This document shows positions 12,730 through 26,773 of a stretch of 64,000 nucleotides of DNA, piece by piece (the stretch's first letter is position 1; each line of letters opens with the position of its first letter). This DNA is from Octopus vulgaris (taxonomy: Eukaryota): positions 21,824,001 through 21,888,000 of the forward strand of contig OX597834.1 of assembly GCA_951406725.2 (NCBI GenBank). The letters run 5' to 3'. The position numbers and the translations under genes are program-made. Below the pieces are notes generated by a model. That model did no database searches, had not been told where the DNA came from, and was given only the letters and a program-made list of their open reading frames with translations.

Positions 12730-13197
12730 TATATAAATATCCAATGATACATATGTACAGAGAGATATTTTGACCTCATAAACATGCATCCACAAACATG
12801 ATATGTACAGTACATACACACACACACAGACACACACACACACACATATATATGCTTGTATATATGTATGCATACAATAATATGCACACAATACCCAAAT
12901 GTGCATCCTTACATTATAAATATGCACAAATACACACGCAACCTTTCTGCTTCTGTCTATGAGTGTACGTATGTATGTATACATTTATATATATATATAT
13001 ATATATATGCTACAAACCACTTTTGCTGATGTTTCAAGCCCCTTTGTTCAATCAAGCGTGCATACATTTGTCAAAATAAGCTTGTTTAAAAGGTTATGTA
13101 TCAGAAATGAAATCTTCAGCAAGAAACTACACGACTGATGATGGTACAAGTCATAGGAAAGTTGATGGTGGCAGCAGTAGCGGTGGCAGTGGTGGTG

Positions 13198-13232
<35 letters not shown>

Positions 13233-13307
13233 TGTAGCAGCAGCAACAGTAATATTGGTGGTAGTACAGAGGAGATATTTCACATACATACATATATATA
13301 TATACAC

Positions 13308-13338
<31 letters not shown>

Positions 13339-13491
13339 GTCATGTATGTTTGTACTTATGTGTGTATAAAACTTGACAGTAGAGTTTCGATCTCTTAATG
13401 GAATATGTTATAAAACAGACATTGCTGTTTCATACAAATTTTCATGTATGTATGTGTGTGTGTGCGTGTATATACACATATATAATATATG

Positions 13492-13549
<58 letters not shown>

Positions 13550-13811
13550 TAACATTTCTAATATCTATATATGTAATACAACGTATATGATATATAAATA
13601 TGATTATATAATATACATTATTTATATTTGTGTGTGTGTGTGTGTGTGTGTGTACATGTATATATGCATGTCTTATAAAATTTCTTTTCTTTTTCATTTT
13701 TTTATATTTTCTTGGTTTGTGGATTTGCTAACAGACAGTGTGATACTGTCAATAAAATAACAGAATGCACAAAACATTACATGAAAATAATAATAATAAT
13801 AATAATAATAA

Positions 13812-13859
<48 letters not shown>

Positions 13860-14399
13860 CATTAGAAGCTGTGCAAAGCAATTATAATAATGATGATGAT
13901 GATGATGATGATTATAACTGCTACAACAATGATGGTGACGATGGTAAACTTATTTAGGATTGTTTTATGAAGGGAAGTGTCACCTGCTTAAATGACAGCT
14001 CCGCAGTCAATGTCATGCAACAAGCAAAAATAGATTAAATAAAGAAAATGTATGGATAAATAAATAAATAAATAAAAGAAGATTAAAAAGTAGGAATATT
14101 CGTAAAGAACATTAGCGCCAGCTATCTGCATTAGTAAAAAATCACATCAGTTCAAAAGTACATATGTATCTCTGTGAACATATATATATGTGTGTGTATG
14201 TGTGTGTGTGTATATATATGTATGTATGTATTATGTATGTATGTATATAAAGTTGATCGCTGCATGGAAGCAAAATTGGCAATGGTTCAGTGAATTTGTT
14301 TAAGGTTTCCTTTCTTTCTTTTCTCTTCCCTTTTGTCCAAATACATAAATAAATAAATCTGTCTGAATGAAGAAATAAAATCTGAGTCGAAGGAAATTT

Positions 14400-15030
14400 A
14401 GTGATGACTTGAGTCGGCAGAGTGCCAGAGAGTCCTAAGATATTTTAGATGTGGTTTGAGTCAGTAAAATTTCACTGAATCCAAGGGTATTTGGAGGTTA
14501 TTTCAGCTGGAAAAATGTGAAGGTGTCCAAAGACATTTAGACGGTGACTCGAGTCAGCAAAGGAGTCCAAAGACATGTGTGGTAGTACAAAGACATTTAG
14601 AGGGTGACTTGAGTCAGCAAAGGAGTCGAAAGACATGTGTGGGAGTCCAAAGACATTTAGAGGGTGACTCGAGTCAGCAAAGGAGTCCGAAGACATGTGT
14701 GGTAGTACAAAGACATTTAGAGGGTGACTTGAGTCAGCAAAGGAGTCGAAAGACATGTGTGGGTGTCCAAAGACATTTAGAGGGTGACTCGAGTCAGCAA
14801 AGGTGTCCAAAGACATGTGTGGGTGTCCAAAGACATTTAGAGGTTGACTCGAGTCAGCAAAGGAGTCCAAAGATATGTGTGGGAGTCCAAAGACATTTAG
14901 AGGGTGACTCGAGTCAGCAAAGGAGTCCAAAGACGTGTGAGAGTCCAAAGACATTTAGAGGGTGACTTGAGTCAGCAAAGGAGTCCAAGGCTCAAAGGAT
15001 ATTTAGTGAGGATTTGAGTCAGCAAAATAT
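14400..15030. repeat. 60-bp minisatellite (about 8 well-conserved units plus degenerate edges)
   Basis: Unit gggagtccaaagacatttagagggtgactcgagtcagcaaaggagtccaaagacatgtgt aligns line to line at a 60-bp period. Confidence 0.95.
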
Positions 15031-16527
15031 CCATGGCTTGAATCTAATTTATGTATGTTGTAGGGCTGCCAATGATAAATGCTACAGGACTCAATGCATT
15101 GATTTGCCCAAGTGTCTTATGGGTCTGGGGGCCCAAATCTGATCTATATATGTTGTGGCTTGCTGTATTAATTTTCAGAGGGGCCACGGAGGTCCATGGG
15201 TCAAATTCTGAGTTATGTCTCCAGTGGCTTACAGTCAACAAATAAATACTATAGTGCCCTATGTATTGCTTTGCCCAGGGGTTTTACAAATCTGGGAGCC
15301 CAATTTTGATCTATGAATGATGTAGGGTTACCAATAATAAATACTCTAGGCCCCAGTGCATTGATTTCCCTAGGACCCAGTTCTGTTGGAATGACTTGAG
15401 TATTAGAAACATAAATGAATGGAAATAATTCAATTTGAATTATGATAAAACTGACTTAGGTAGACTTATCCCATTATAATCATTCTTTCTTCTTTCCCTG
15501 CTCCTTTTTCCTTTCCTTTCTCTTCTTTTCTCTCCCTCTCTCGAAAAATGTTCTCTTTCTTTATCTCCTCCCTTTTCTTCTTTTTCATTTCATTCCCTCT
15601 CTCCCACTACTCTCCTCTTTTTCCCTTTCTTTCTCTCTTTCCTCCCACTTTTCTTTCATAAACTCATTCTTTCACGTTCTTTCGACAGATAATGCAAGTT
15701 CTGTTCAAGATTCATTCAAACAGACCATTCATGTGTGTGTGTGTGTATGTGTATGTGCAATTGTGTGTATGTTTGTGTGTGGGCATGTGCGTGTTAGTTC
15801 ACATGTGTGCTTCTGTGTGTATGTGTGTTTATGTATGTGTGTTTACGCATGTGTGTGTAAGTGTGTTGGTCTGCATATCTGTGTGTGTGTATGTCTCTAT
15901 GTGTGAATATGTGTTTATATGTGTATGTGTGTGCATGTGACTGTGTTAGTGCATATGTGTATGTGTGTCTGTGTTTGTATGTGCATGTACACATAAGTTT
16001 GTGCATGTATATCTGTGAGTGTGTGTATACACTTGTGTGTGTGTGTGCTTGTGTGTACACGTGTGTTTTAGTGTGCATGTATGTATGTGTGTACATCGTT
16101 ATGTACAACAACCACATCGAAAATGAAAATAAGTAAATAACTTAAAGAAAATTAAGAGAAGTTATGTTGTTTTTTTTTTAAAAAAGAGTCAAAAAACAAC
16201 CAAAGTAAACAAAAACAAAAATCAAAGAAAATAATTATATAAGTCAAAGTAAACAAATAAATATTAACAGAAAACATTCATAAATAAAAATGGGGCTTGT
16301 GTGTGTGTGTGTGTGTATGTGTGTGTGTGTGCATGTTTGTGTGTGTATGTTTGGGTGTGTCTGAGTGTGTATGTATATATGTTTGGGTGTGTGTGTGTGT
16401 GTGTGTATGTATGTACGTTTGGGTGTGTGTGAGTATGAACTGTTATGTATGTGTGTGTGATTGTGTATGTGCTTGTGTATGTTTGTGTATGTGTGTGTCT
16501 GGGTATGTGCCTGTATGTGTGTGTGTG

Positions 16528-16572
<45 letters not shown>

Positions 16573-17189
16573 ATGTATATATAAATATATATATCTAAAC
16601 ATATATATATATATCTGTGTGTGCATATGTGTGTGTCTGTTTGTGCATACATGTCTGTGTATGTATGAGTGTGTGTGTATGTGTATATATATGTGTGTGT
16701 TTGTTAGTGTATATGTATCTACATTAGTGTGAGTGTATGTATTTGCGTGCATATACATAAATATCTGCACATGTATCTGTGTATGTATGTGCATGAATGT
16801 GTGTGTTTCCTCTCCTGTCTTGAATAGTCAGCTTCATTTCCATCCGATTCCATCTTCTCATCAGATCAGACAGTTTTGTGCCAAAGAAATTATTCTTTGT
16901 TATATTCCTATTCATAAAGAGAAAATGGTAAATGCTGCAGAACTGTGCAAAAATATGCAATATTTGTGGGAAATAATAACTAATCAATGACATTAAGTCA
17001 GCTGATTGATTCCTTTACCCACTTTTATTTGATTCACAGAACAAACGGTTTACGATGATTGCACTTTTACTTGTCTCAGCCATTGAGCTGCGGTCATGCT
17101 GGAGCACAAGTGCTGTGTAGAATTAGTCAAAGCAAATTGCACCTCATCACCACCACCTGTACCAATAATTATTTGGTCTATGCCAGTGC

Positions 17190-17347
17190 CCCCTGACTGG
17201 CTCCAGTGGCATGTGAAAAGCATCCAGCAGTAGAAACCTTACTAGATCAGATTGGAGCCTGGTGCAGCCTCCTGGCTTGCCAGTCCCTCAGTCAAACCGT
17301 CCAACCCATGCCAGCATGGAAAGTGGACGTCAAACGATGATGATGAT
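17190..17347 (+). mobile_element. Retroposon family C, 3' part
   Basis: catccagc..agaaac..ccgtccaacccatgccagcatggaaagtggacgtcaaacgatgatgat. Confidence 0.8.
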
Positions 17348-17351
17348 ATAT

Positions 17352-17510
17352 ACGATGGGCTTCTTCCAGTTTCTGTCTGCCAAATCCACTCACAAGACTT
17401 TTATCAGCCCAAGGCCATAGTAGAAGACACTTGCCTAAAGTGCCAGACAGTAGGACTGAACTCAGAACTATGTGGTTGGGAAGCAAGCTTCTTACCACAG
17501 AGCCATGCTT
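17352..17510 (-). mobile_element. SINE family A, 5' half
   Basis: Reverse-complement match to the family A head. Confidence 0.8.
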
Positions 17511-17623
17511 GAATATTATATATTTATGATATTATATATTATATATAATGTAATATAATATAATATAAGTGTGTAATATATATATAATATAATATAAATG
17601 TCAAAGTATATACATACACACAC

Positions 17624-17658
<35 letters not shown>

Positions 17659-18949
17659 GATGTGTGTGTGTGTGTGTATACATACACAAGCAGAAAGACA
17701 GACAGGTGGGGGAGATAATGTGTTTACATTGCAGTGCTGTAGCAAATGGGAAGTAAATAAAAAAACACAGAAAACACGATAGAAGTTTATATTAGTAACA
17801 TACACATTGACTTAAACATCTATTGTTGTTGTTGTTGTTGTTCAGTTTTACCAAAGTCACAACAATGGAGAACCCTAAGGCTTTTCGGGTGCGATGACAT
17901 TATTGTAGACAAAAAAAAAATTTAAAAAAAAAGAATGATGAAAATAAAGCAACAAAGGGAAAAAGGGAAAAAAAAAAACTAAAATAAAAACAAAACCTAA
18001 CCTGAAACAAAATGTCTAGATTGTTATTTGCTTTGAAAATACCATCATGAGAAAGGAAAGAACCAAAAAAAAAAAAGCCCAAACATACACATAAGAAAGT
18101 ATAGTAAAATTATATTGTACTCTACACGGAATATATGATTAACAATGAAGCCAGTTGTATCTGTCTATAAATACCAAAGCTATACACCAAAACAATGTAT
18201 ACAGTCCACAGTCCACCCTATACAGAAAATTCATCATTTAGAACCCCTCGCTCTGTTCCTCCTCCTGCCATCGTTATCTCTCTGCATGTTTATTCTGTAT
18301 ATTAGATTCTGGTTCATCAAAAGGCTTTAGTCCACTTTATCCAGTTCTTCTGCAAATAATAATAATGATTGCAGAAAAGTTAGTCCCATGTTATGGATGG
18401 AAACCAACTTTGCTTTGTCTGATCTAAAAGCAGAGGAAGAGTGGCAGAGGCAAAACTGTGATATGGAAGAAGGATTGCTATCACTGTTTATTATGAAACT
18501 ATTTGTCTTTTGTGCTGGTAGTTTGGCTTTTGAAATTTATTAGGAGTTTACAAACATCAAGATTGGTATTCCTGTTTATTTTTGTGCCTTGGCTATATCT
18601 AAAAACTGCGTTTTGTTCTGGTAATTTGGTTCTTGAAATTTACTTGGCATTCATGAATGTTGTTCTAAAACAAAACAAAAACAAAAACAACCTAAATAAA
18701 GAGTATTGGGATTAAAAGCAAACTAAATAAAAAGCTCAGCTGCTCTGACTAAGTGGCACATAAAAGACTAAAACATATTACAAGATACATCATTTAGATT
18801 AGTAATGTTTAATTAGGTTACGTAAAACACAGACAAGGCTGTATGGTAAAGAAGTCTGCTTCTCAACCACGTAGTTTTGGGTTCAGTTCTACAGCCTTGT
18901 GAATGGATTTGGTGGCCAGAAGTTGAAAGAAGCTTTTCATTTATATATG

Positions 18950-19075
18950 TATATGAAGAAGAGCGTAGGCTCAAAACATCAAAAACCTTTCCCATTTTTC
19001 CCAAGTATTAAACTAATACAACCTGTTTGTTGTCTTTTCACCTATCTCTTTTTATTTGTATATATTTTAAACCAT
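18950..19075 (+). mobile_element. Hammerhead-bearing element P2, degenerate
   Basis: tgaagaa-gagc gtag gctc-aaaacatc followed by ..actaataca..tgtttgttg, as in the 36650 copy. Confidence 0.55.
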
Positions 19076-19732
19076 ATATGTGTGTTTGTGTGTGTGTGTG
19101 TGTGCGTGTATGTGTGTCTGTGTGTACATTTTGCAATGCGTGTGTTATTGGCTTCTTGTCTAGACATCTCGTGATAGTTGTAAACAAGCATCACTGTCTT
19201 ATAAGCGGTGTCCTTCATTTCCATTCTGCTAAAACATGGCTGGCAGGCAGACCGTGGGGAGATATTGACTTACTCTGTCAACAGGGAAGGGTTATCAGGC
19301 CACTGGAAAATTTGTCTCAACAAACTCCCATCCAACCCATGCAAGCATGGAAAAGTGGACATCAAAACAAATTGATAGTGGCGGTGGTGGTGGCGGTGGT
19401 GGTGGCAGTGGTGGCGGCACCACCATCACCACCACCACTGGTTCCCTGTTTGCCAGTGTTTGGTTATGATTGTATTAATAGAGACAGACAGTGGCAATAT
19501 CTGTCGGCTCTGTGTCAAGACTTGTTGTAAATAGGAAGTAGGTATTTGCTTTTTAATAAGTGCTTGCTGTCACAATACTTTCTCACAAACCACTTTTACT
19601 TTGGCAGTTCAAATATAATGTAACGCAGAATATATTTACACACATACACACACAAATTACACACAGACACACATACATACATACATACATGAATATATAT
19701 GTATGTATATATACAAATGCAACAATAAATAA

Positions 19733-19774
<42 letters not shown>

Positions 19775-19986
19775 TTATATATATATATAAACCATCCAAT
19801 TTTCTGAGTACCTCATTTCTTCTAATATATATATATATATATATATTTTTATATATATATATATTTATAATATATATATGTATGTATATGTATATATATA
19901 TATATATTTATATATATGTATGTATATGTATATATATATATATTTATATATATGTATGTATGTATATGTGTGTATATATATATATG

Positions 19987-20031
<45 letters not shown>

Positions 20032-20703
20032 TCTATCATATTTCTTCATCAGATTTCTTCAGTTTACATCATCATCATCACCTACCCCTCCTCCTCCTCC
20101 TCTTCCTCCTTCTTTCTTCTTCATCACCATTTTAACAACAGACTTGTCTCGTTCCTAAATTCCTTCCTTCACCATAATTTCTTCACTTTCATATCACATT
20201 CTCTATTGGCATTTCCCAGACAATTACATGTTCTTCACACTTAAAGACATCATTGGCTAAAAAGAAAAGAAAACAGCAAAATCTCAACGACAACAACAAT
20301 TTAAACCGAAATAATAGCCAAGAGTCAAAACTAAAGCGCCACTTGACTATGGACAGCCAATAATGGCCACAAAGGCACTGTCACTTTCTCATTTGTCAAC
20401 AGCAGCAGTTACACAATAGAGACAGTAAATTGTGTTGTAAATGGTTAAATTGTTTCTAATGTAAGACAAGGGAAGGCCAGCAAGAATTGTAAGGGAGAGG
20501 AACTGTCTGCTGGAACTTTATTTTGTCAAGCTCGTGGAAGAAGGAAAGAGTAACCAAGACTTAGACTTGTCGGGATTTAAACTCAGATTTAAAAGCAGAA
20601 GAAATACTTCGAAGTATTTTATCTGGCACTCTAATGATTCTGCCAATTCAACACCCTGCATAGTAAAAATAATGATAATAATAAATAATAATAATAATAA
20701 TAA

Positions 20704-21030
20704 TCATCATCGTTTAACGTCCGTTCTCCATGCTAGCATGGGTTGGACGGTTCGACCGGGGATCTGGGAAGCCAGAAGGCTGCACCAGGCTCCAGTCTGA
20801 TCTGGCAGTGTTTCTACAGCTGAATGCCCTTCCTAACGCCAACCACTCCAAGAGTGTAGTAGCTGCTTTTTACATACCACTGACACAGGGACCAGAGTGA
20901 GTGTAGTGGGTGCCTTTTACGTGCCACTGGCACAGGTGCCAGGCAAGGCTGGCAACAGCCACGATCGGATTGGTGCTTTTTACGTGCCACCTACACAGAA
21001 GCCAGTCAAGGTGGCGCTGGCATCGGCCAC

Positions 21031-21032
<2 letters not shown>
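20704..21032 (-). mobile_element. Retroposon family C
   Basis: Matches the 3130 copy. Flanked on both sides by (AAT)n. Confidence 0.85.
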
Positions 21033-21078
<46 letters not shown>

Positions 21079-21079
21079 C

Positions 21080-21290
21080 ATCCTTTCTACTAAAGGAACG
21101 AAGCCTGAATCTTTGGTGTGGTGGGACTAGTCAATTTTATCGACCCCAGTGCTTCACTGGTACTTAATTTATTGAACCTTAGAGGATGAAAGGCAAAGTC
21201 AACCTCGGCAGAATTTGAACTCAAAACATCGCAGCAGATACAATAATGCTAAGCATTTTACCCGGTGTAACGATTCTGCCAGCTTGCTTC
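21080..21290 (-). mobile_element. SINE family B
   Basis: tcgaccccagtg..ctggtacttaattt..ggatgaaaggcaaagtcaacctcggcagaatttgaactc..gattctgccagct. Confidence 0.8.
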
Positions 21291-21292
21291 TG

Positions 21293-21354
<62 letters not shown>

Positions 21355-21613
21355 GTTTCAAATTTTGGCATAAGGCCAACAAGGATGAGTTCGTTCCATT
21401 TGATCCTAGAAATTGTACTTTATTTTATCAACAATGGAAGGCTGGAAGCAATATTAATCTCACCAGGATTTGAACTGAGAACATAAAGAGCTACAAGAAA
21501 TACTGTGTAGTTTTAGAAAGACATTTACACACACACACACAGATATGTGTACTTCACTAACACACATATATATACATACACATTCACTCACACATATATC
21601 AACATATACATAC

Positions 21614-21661
<48 letters not shown>

Positions 21662-21773
21662 GTATATATATGTATATAGATAGATAGATAGATAGAGATA
21701 TAGATAAATAGATAGATAGATAGAGATATAGATAAATAGATATATATATGCATGTGTGTATGAGTACATGTAC

Positions 21774-21805
<32 letters not shown>

Positions 21806-21820
21806 ATATATATATGTATG

Positions 21821-21861
<41 letters not shown>

Positions 21862-22854
21862 GTACTCACACACACACACATGTATGTGAACCCATCCTCA
21901 TTCTTATACTCATACACACAGAAATACATGTACACATTCATTCATAAAGTACTTACTTGCACACACATACATGCTATCACACACACACACACACATGTAG
22001 ATGAGTACAAACAAAATGCATGCACACACACATACACACACATCAAAATGTACATGTATGTCCATACATACACACAAACGCATGCAAGCATATAGACACA
22101 TACATACATAGACCAATGCTCACATACAGACATACTCTTATCCTCTCAACCCAGTCATTATATATTCAATGATATCATACTAAAAACATATCACAAAATA
22201 TCTAGGTATTTTTTGTACATTTTTATTGTCTCCCTTTTCATTACCTCTTCACCCTACTTTCTCTCCTTCTTTTCTTTTCCTCCATTTTATTTTCCTCTTT
22301 TCCATTCCTTCTCCCAGTTGAAGTGGCAAAGCTTATTCGATTTATTTCGAGAGCTTGCTTGGCTTTCCCTCCTTATCTGTGGCTCCGAAATATATTGCAA
22401 TGTGTCCCCTTCTTAATCCCAGTGTGCAAGTGGTGAAGCCATAGAATAGAGATATGGAGAGAATTTGAATTCTTTAATTGACATTGTTGGAAGAACCAGG
22501 GCGAGTGAACAACTAGACTCGTTAAAAGGCTAGATGCATGGACGGTGGGGAAAATATGTCTAGATTCGTTAGAAGACTAACTGCAGGCAAAAATCTAAAT
22601 TCTATGAGAAGGCTAGAAGATGGCAAAGGCTGGATGAAGTCGAAAGCCTAATTCCTTAGACATCTCAATGCAGACTAAATTTAGATTCACTAAAACAAAA
22701 AGGGTTAAATGCAGACAAAACCCACTTCTTTAGAAGGCTAAGGATAGTCATTTAATCAAGGTTTAGATTTGTTTTAAAGTTAGACACAAGCAAAAGCTAA
22801 ATGCAAACGGTTTCCTTTTTCAAAACTGTTAGAAAGATGCTTAGCATGTCACAG

Positions 22855-23240
22855 GCTTGGATGATTGGTAAGGAGTTTGTTTCCCAGCCACATGGTTTCA
22901 GGTTCAGTCCCACTGTGTGATACCTTGGACAAGTGTCTTCTACAATAGCCCTGGGCCAACAAATACCTTGTGAGTGAATTCGACAGATGGAAATTATATG
23001 GAGGCCCACCATATATGAATGTGTATGTGTGTTTGTATGCCTTTGTTTACCTCCCAACCTCTTGACAACTGATGTTGGTTTGTTTATGTCCCTGTAACTT
23101 AGCAACTTGGCAAAACTGACTGATAAAATAGAGACCCGGCTTAAAAAATAAGTACTGGGGTTGATTTGTTTCAACTAAAACCCTTCAAGGCAGTGCCCCA
23201 GCATGGCCACGACCCACTGACCAAAACAAGTAAAAAATAA
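22855..23240 (+). mobile_element. SINE family A, full-length but diverged
   Basis: Head, internal (TA/TG)n and the 3' end aaacaagtaaaa are all present. Confidence 0.8.
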
Positions 23241-23436
23241 ACAAATGTCCTTTGGTCGTAGCTGTCATCTGTGATGGACATCAAAATTTTATTTCACCCC
23301 TAAGTTTAGGGGTGAAAAATATGTATGAAAAATAAAACTGAGGCACATCAGCACAAATAAATGGCACCTGCAGCCCCAGATCAAATTAATGCTAGCAAAA
23401 TTCCAGTTTTTTTTCCCCCAACAGATCCTTCTGAGG

Positions 23437-23690
23437 GGAAACTGAAAGAAGCCCATTGTATATGTATGGATATATCTACGTGTGTCTTTGTGTCTGTTTG
23501 TCCCTCATCACCGCTTGATAGCAGCTGGTGTGTTTATGTCTTTATAACTTAGCAGTTCAGCAAAAGTGACTGCCAGAATAAGCACCAGGTATAAAACAAA
23601 TAAGTCCTGGGGTCGATTCTTCCTATTAAAATTCTTCGAAGCTGTGCTCCAGCATGACCATAGTCTTATGATAGAAACAAGTAAGAGTAA
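23437..23690 (+). mobile_element. SINE family A, 5'-truncated
   Basis: ggaaactgaaagaagccc...gtgctccagcatgacc...gaaacaagtaa. Confidence 0.8.
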
Positions 23691-24237
23691 GTAAGTACGA
23701 AGACGAAAAGCAGTGGTACATAATTTCTTAAAGTGACACTTGTTACCTCTTATCAAAATGACATTGTTACAGGCTGAAGCCACTCTAGTCTGCCTAGCAA
23801 ATAACCAACTCAGTAAGAACATTTTGTTAGCTTATTATAGTGTAAAAAAAATTGAAGAAAAGAAGAAAAATTGAAGATATTTTCTTAAGATTTCTTTGGA
23901 AGCCAAAAGCTAAAGTGAAATGCAAGGGAGGGGGGAAAAAGAAAAATTATTCTGTTCTTAAGAATAAGTCTTTAAAATATTCAGTCTTTAGATACTTTGG
24001 TGAATATAAGAGAAAAGTTGAGTTCCCAAAAGCCTCTTGGCCTTGTTAATTCATGCCATTACAAAAAAGAATAGATTAACCGTAGTCATCATGAGATGAA
24101 AGGTCACTGGATTGACTTGAGAGAAAATTCTTTTGTAGTGGGTCGAGAAACTAATCCCTTTCCTTTTCAATGTGTATATATTATATATATACAGAGAGAG
24201 ACAGACAGACAGACAGAGTGGTAGGTAGATGGATAGA

Positions 24238-24280
<43 letters not shown>

Positions 24281-24326
24281 TATATGTATGTATATATATA
24301 TATGTATGTATATATATATATGTATG

Positions 24327-24359
<33 letters not shown>

Positions 24360-24378
24360 ATATATATATATATGTATG

Positions 24379-24467
<89 letters not shown>

Positions 24468-25299
24468 GTATGTATGTACTTATGCATATGTGTAAGTATA
24501 TATATATATATTTTCACACACACACAGACAGACAGAGTGGTAGATTGATGGATAGACGTGAGATGCTTATATACACATATATATATATATTATATATATG
24601 TATATATGTGTGTAAGTATATATGTGTGTGTGTATAGAGAGAGAGAGGGGGAGAAGGAGAGAGAGGGGGAAGAGGGAGAGAGAGAGGGGATAAATACACA
24701 TACATTCCTACACTCAATTTTCACCAAATTTAACAAATCTGCAAAAAGATTTTTTCTTACGAGAAAGATATCCCCCCATTCCTCCCCTCCCCCATCACCC
24801 TCACTCACGACACCATCACCCTTCATTTATACTACGCCCTCCCGCACCCCACCCCACCCCACCAGACGGTTTCTGTTTTATTTCTGAATTTTACCGTTTA
24901 TCTTTAATTAACCACTATTAAGACAAACATGTCAAAACGAGACAGGATTAAAAGAAATTATTTTCAAAAACAAAAAGAAATTATTTTCAAAAACAAAAAA
25001 AAACAAACAAAAAATCGCATAAGAGAATATAAAAATGAAGAAAAAAAAGGAAAAATGTATGCAGTGAAGGGGTAGGAGGGGGAATGGGTAGTGGGGGTGT
25101 GAAAGTTTACCATTTTGGTTCTGTTATCTTCCTTTCTCTTCTACTGACCCACCCTCCTAAGGATGGGAGAGAGAGTGAGTGTGGTGGGGTGGGGTGGGGC
25201 AGGGTGTGTAAAAGTGTAATTGAAGTAAGTTCTGATTTCAGATGCTATTACAAGTTTTCTGCCATTTACCGTTTATTGTTGATATTTGAGATTCTTGAG

Positions 25300-26115
25300 G
25301 GCATCGAGCTGGCAGAACCGTTAACATACCAGGCAAAAAATGCTTGCTGGCAATATCGTCCATCTTTATGTTCTGAGTTCAAATTCCACCAAGGTTGACT
25401 TTGTCTTTCAATTCTTTGGAGGTCAATAAAATGAGTACCACTTGAACACAGGGATAATCGGCTTAGCCCCTCCCTACAAACTGCTGGCCTTCTGCCAAAA
25501 TTTAAAACTGATATTTGAGGTCCTTAGGAAAGCAAACTAGTAGAATCATTATCATGCCAGGCAAAATGCTTTGTGGCATTATTTCATCTGTGTTTATGTT
25601 CTGAGTTCAAATCCCACCAAAACTGATTTTGCCTTTCATCCTTTCAAGGTCAATAAAATAAGTACCAGTCAAGCACTGGGGTCGATATAATCGACTTAAG
25701 GCAGCGAGCTGGCAGAAACTTTAGCACGCCGGGCGAAATGCGTAGCCGTATTTCGTCTGTCGTTACGTTGTGAGTTCAAATTCCACCGAGGTCGACTTTG
25801 CCTTTCATCCTTTCGGGGTCGATAAATAAAGTACTAGTTTCGCACTGGGGTTGATGTAATCGACTTAATCCCTTTGTCTCTCCTTGTTTGTCCCCTTTAT
25901 GTTTAGCCCCTTGTGGGCAATAAAGAAATAGATATAATCGACTTAAGCCCTCACCTGAAATTGCTAGCCTTGTGCCAAAATATGAAACCATTATTATTCT
26001 GCAAGCTGGCAGAATCATTAACGAGCAAGCAAAATGCTTAACGACCTTTCTTCAATCTTGAAATTCTGAATTCAATTCCACAAATTACAACTTTGTCTTT
26101 CATCCTTTTAGGCTT
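25300..26115 (+). mobile_element. Cluster of four co-oriented family B SINEs, one nested
   Basis: Four gagctggcagaa..ttctgagttcaaattcc..gcctttcatcc units. The young copy at about 25700-25930 is flanked by the TSD gatataatcgacttaag. Confidence 0.85.
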
Positions 26116-26226
26116 GAAAAAAAGAAGAAATAAATATTCTCGAACGCAGTGCCCCAGCATGGCCACTGTATAATGACTGAAACAAATAAAAGATAAAAGA
26201 ATATATATAGAGAGAGAGTTCCCAGT

Positions 26227-26419
26227 ATGGCAGTGTGGTAAGAAGCTTGCTTCCCAACCACATGGTTCCAGGTTCAGTTCCACCGCATGGCATCTTGGGC
26301 AGATGTCTTCTTCTATAGCCTCAGGCTGACCAAAGCCTTGTGAGTGGATTTGGTAGATGGAAACTGAAAGGAGCCCATCTTATATATATATATATACATA
26401 TATACATACATACATACAT

Positions 26420-26472
<53 letters not shown>

Positions 26473-26722
26473 TACATATATATATACATATATACATATA
26501 TACGTATGTATTTGTGTGTCTGTATTTGTTCCCACACACACCATCGCTTGACAACCTATGTTGGTGTGTTTACGTCTCCGTAACTTAGCGGTTTGGCAAA
26601 AAGAGAACAGTAGAATAAGTACTGGGCTTACAAAGAATAAGTCCTGGAGTCAATTAGTTCGACTAAAGGCAGTGCTCCAGCATGGCCCCAATCAAGTGAC
26701 TGAAACAAGTAAAAGAATAAAA

Positions 26723-26725
<3 letters not shown>
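26227..26725 (+). mobile_element. SINE family A, full-length with expanded internal microsatellite
   Basis: Complete head-to-tail match, ending gaaacaagtaaaagaataaaaga. Confidence 0.9.

Positions 26726-26773
<48 letters not shown>

Noticed and set aside
14472-14965. ORFs with 20-aa repeats on both strands
   Set aside because: A consequence of the 60-bp period. No splice or start context and no recognisable protein.
14521-14990. CRISPR-like appearance (palindromic repeat at regular spacing)
   Set aside because: The intervening sequences are themselves repeated rather than unique spacers, the context is eukaryotic, and there are no cas genes.
23292-23317. Perfect 12-bp hairpin tttcacccctaa/ttaggggtgaaa as a pre-miRNA or terminator
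   Set aside because: Too short for a pre-miRNA, and intrinsic terminators do not apply. Probably a MITE remnant.
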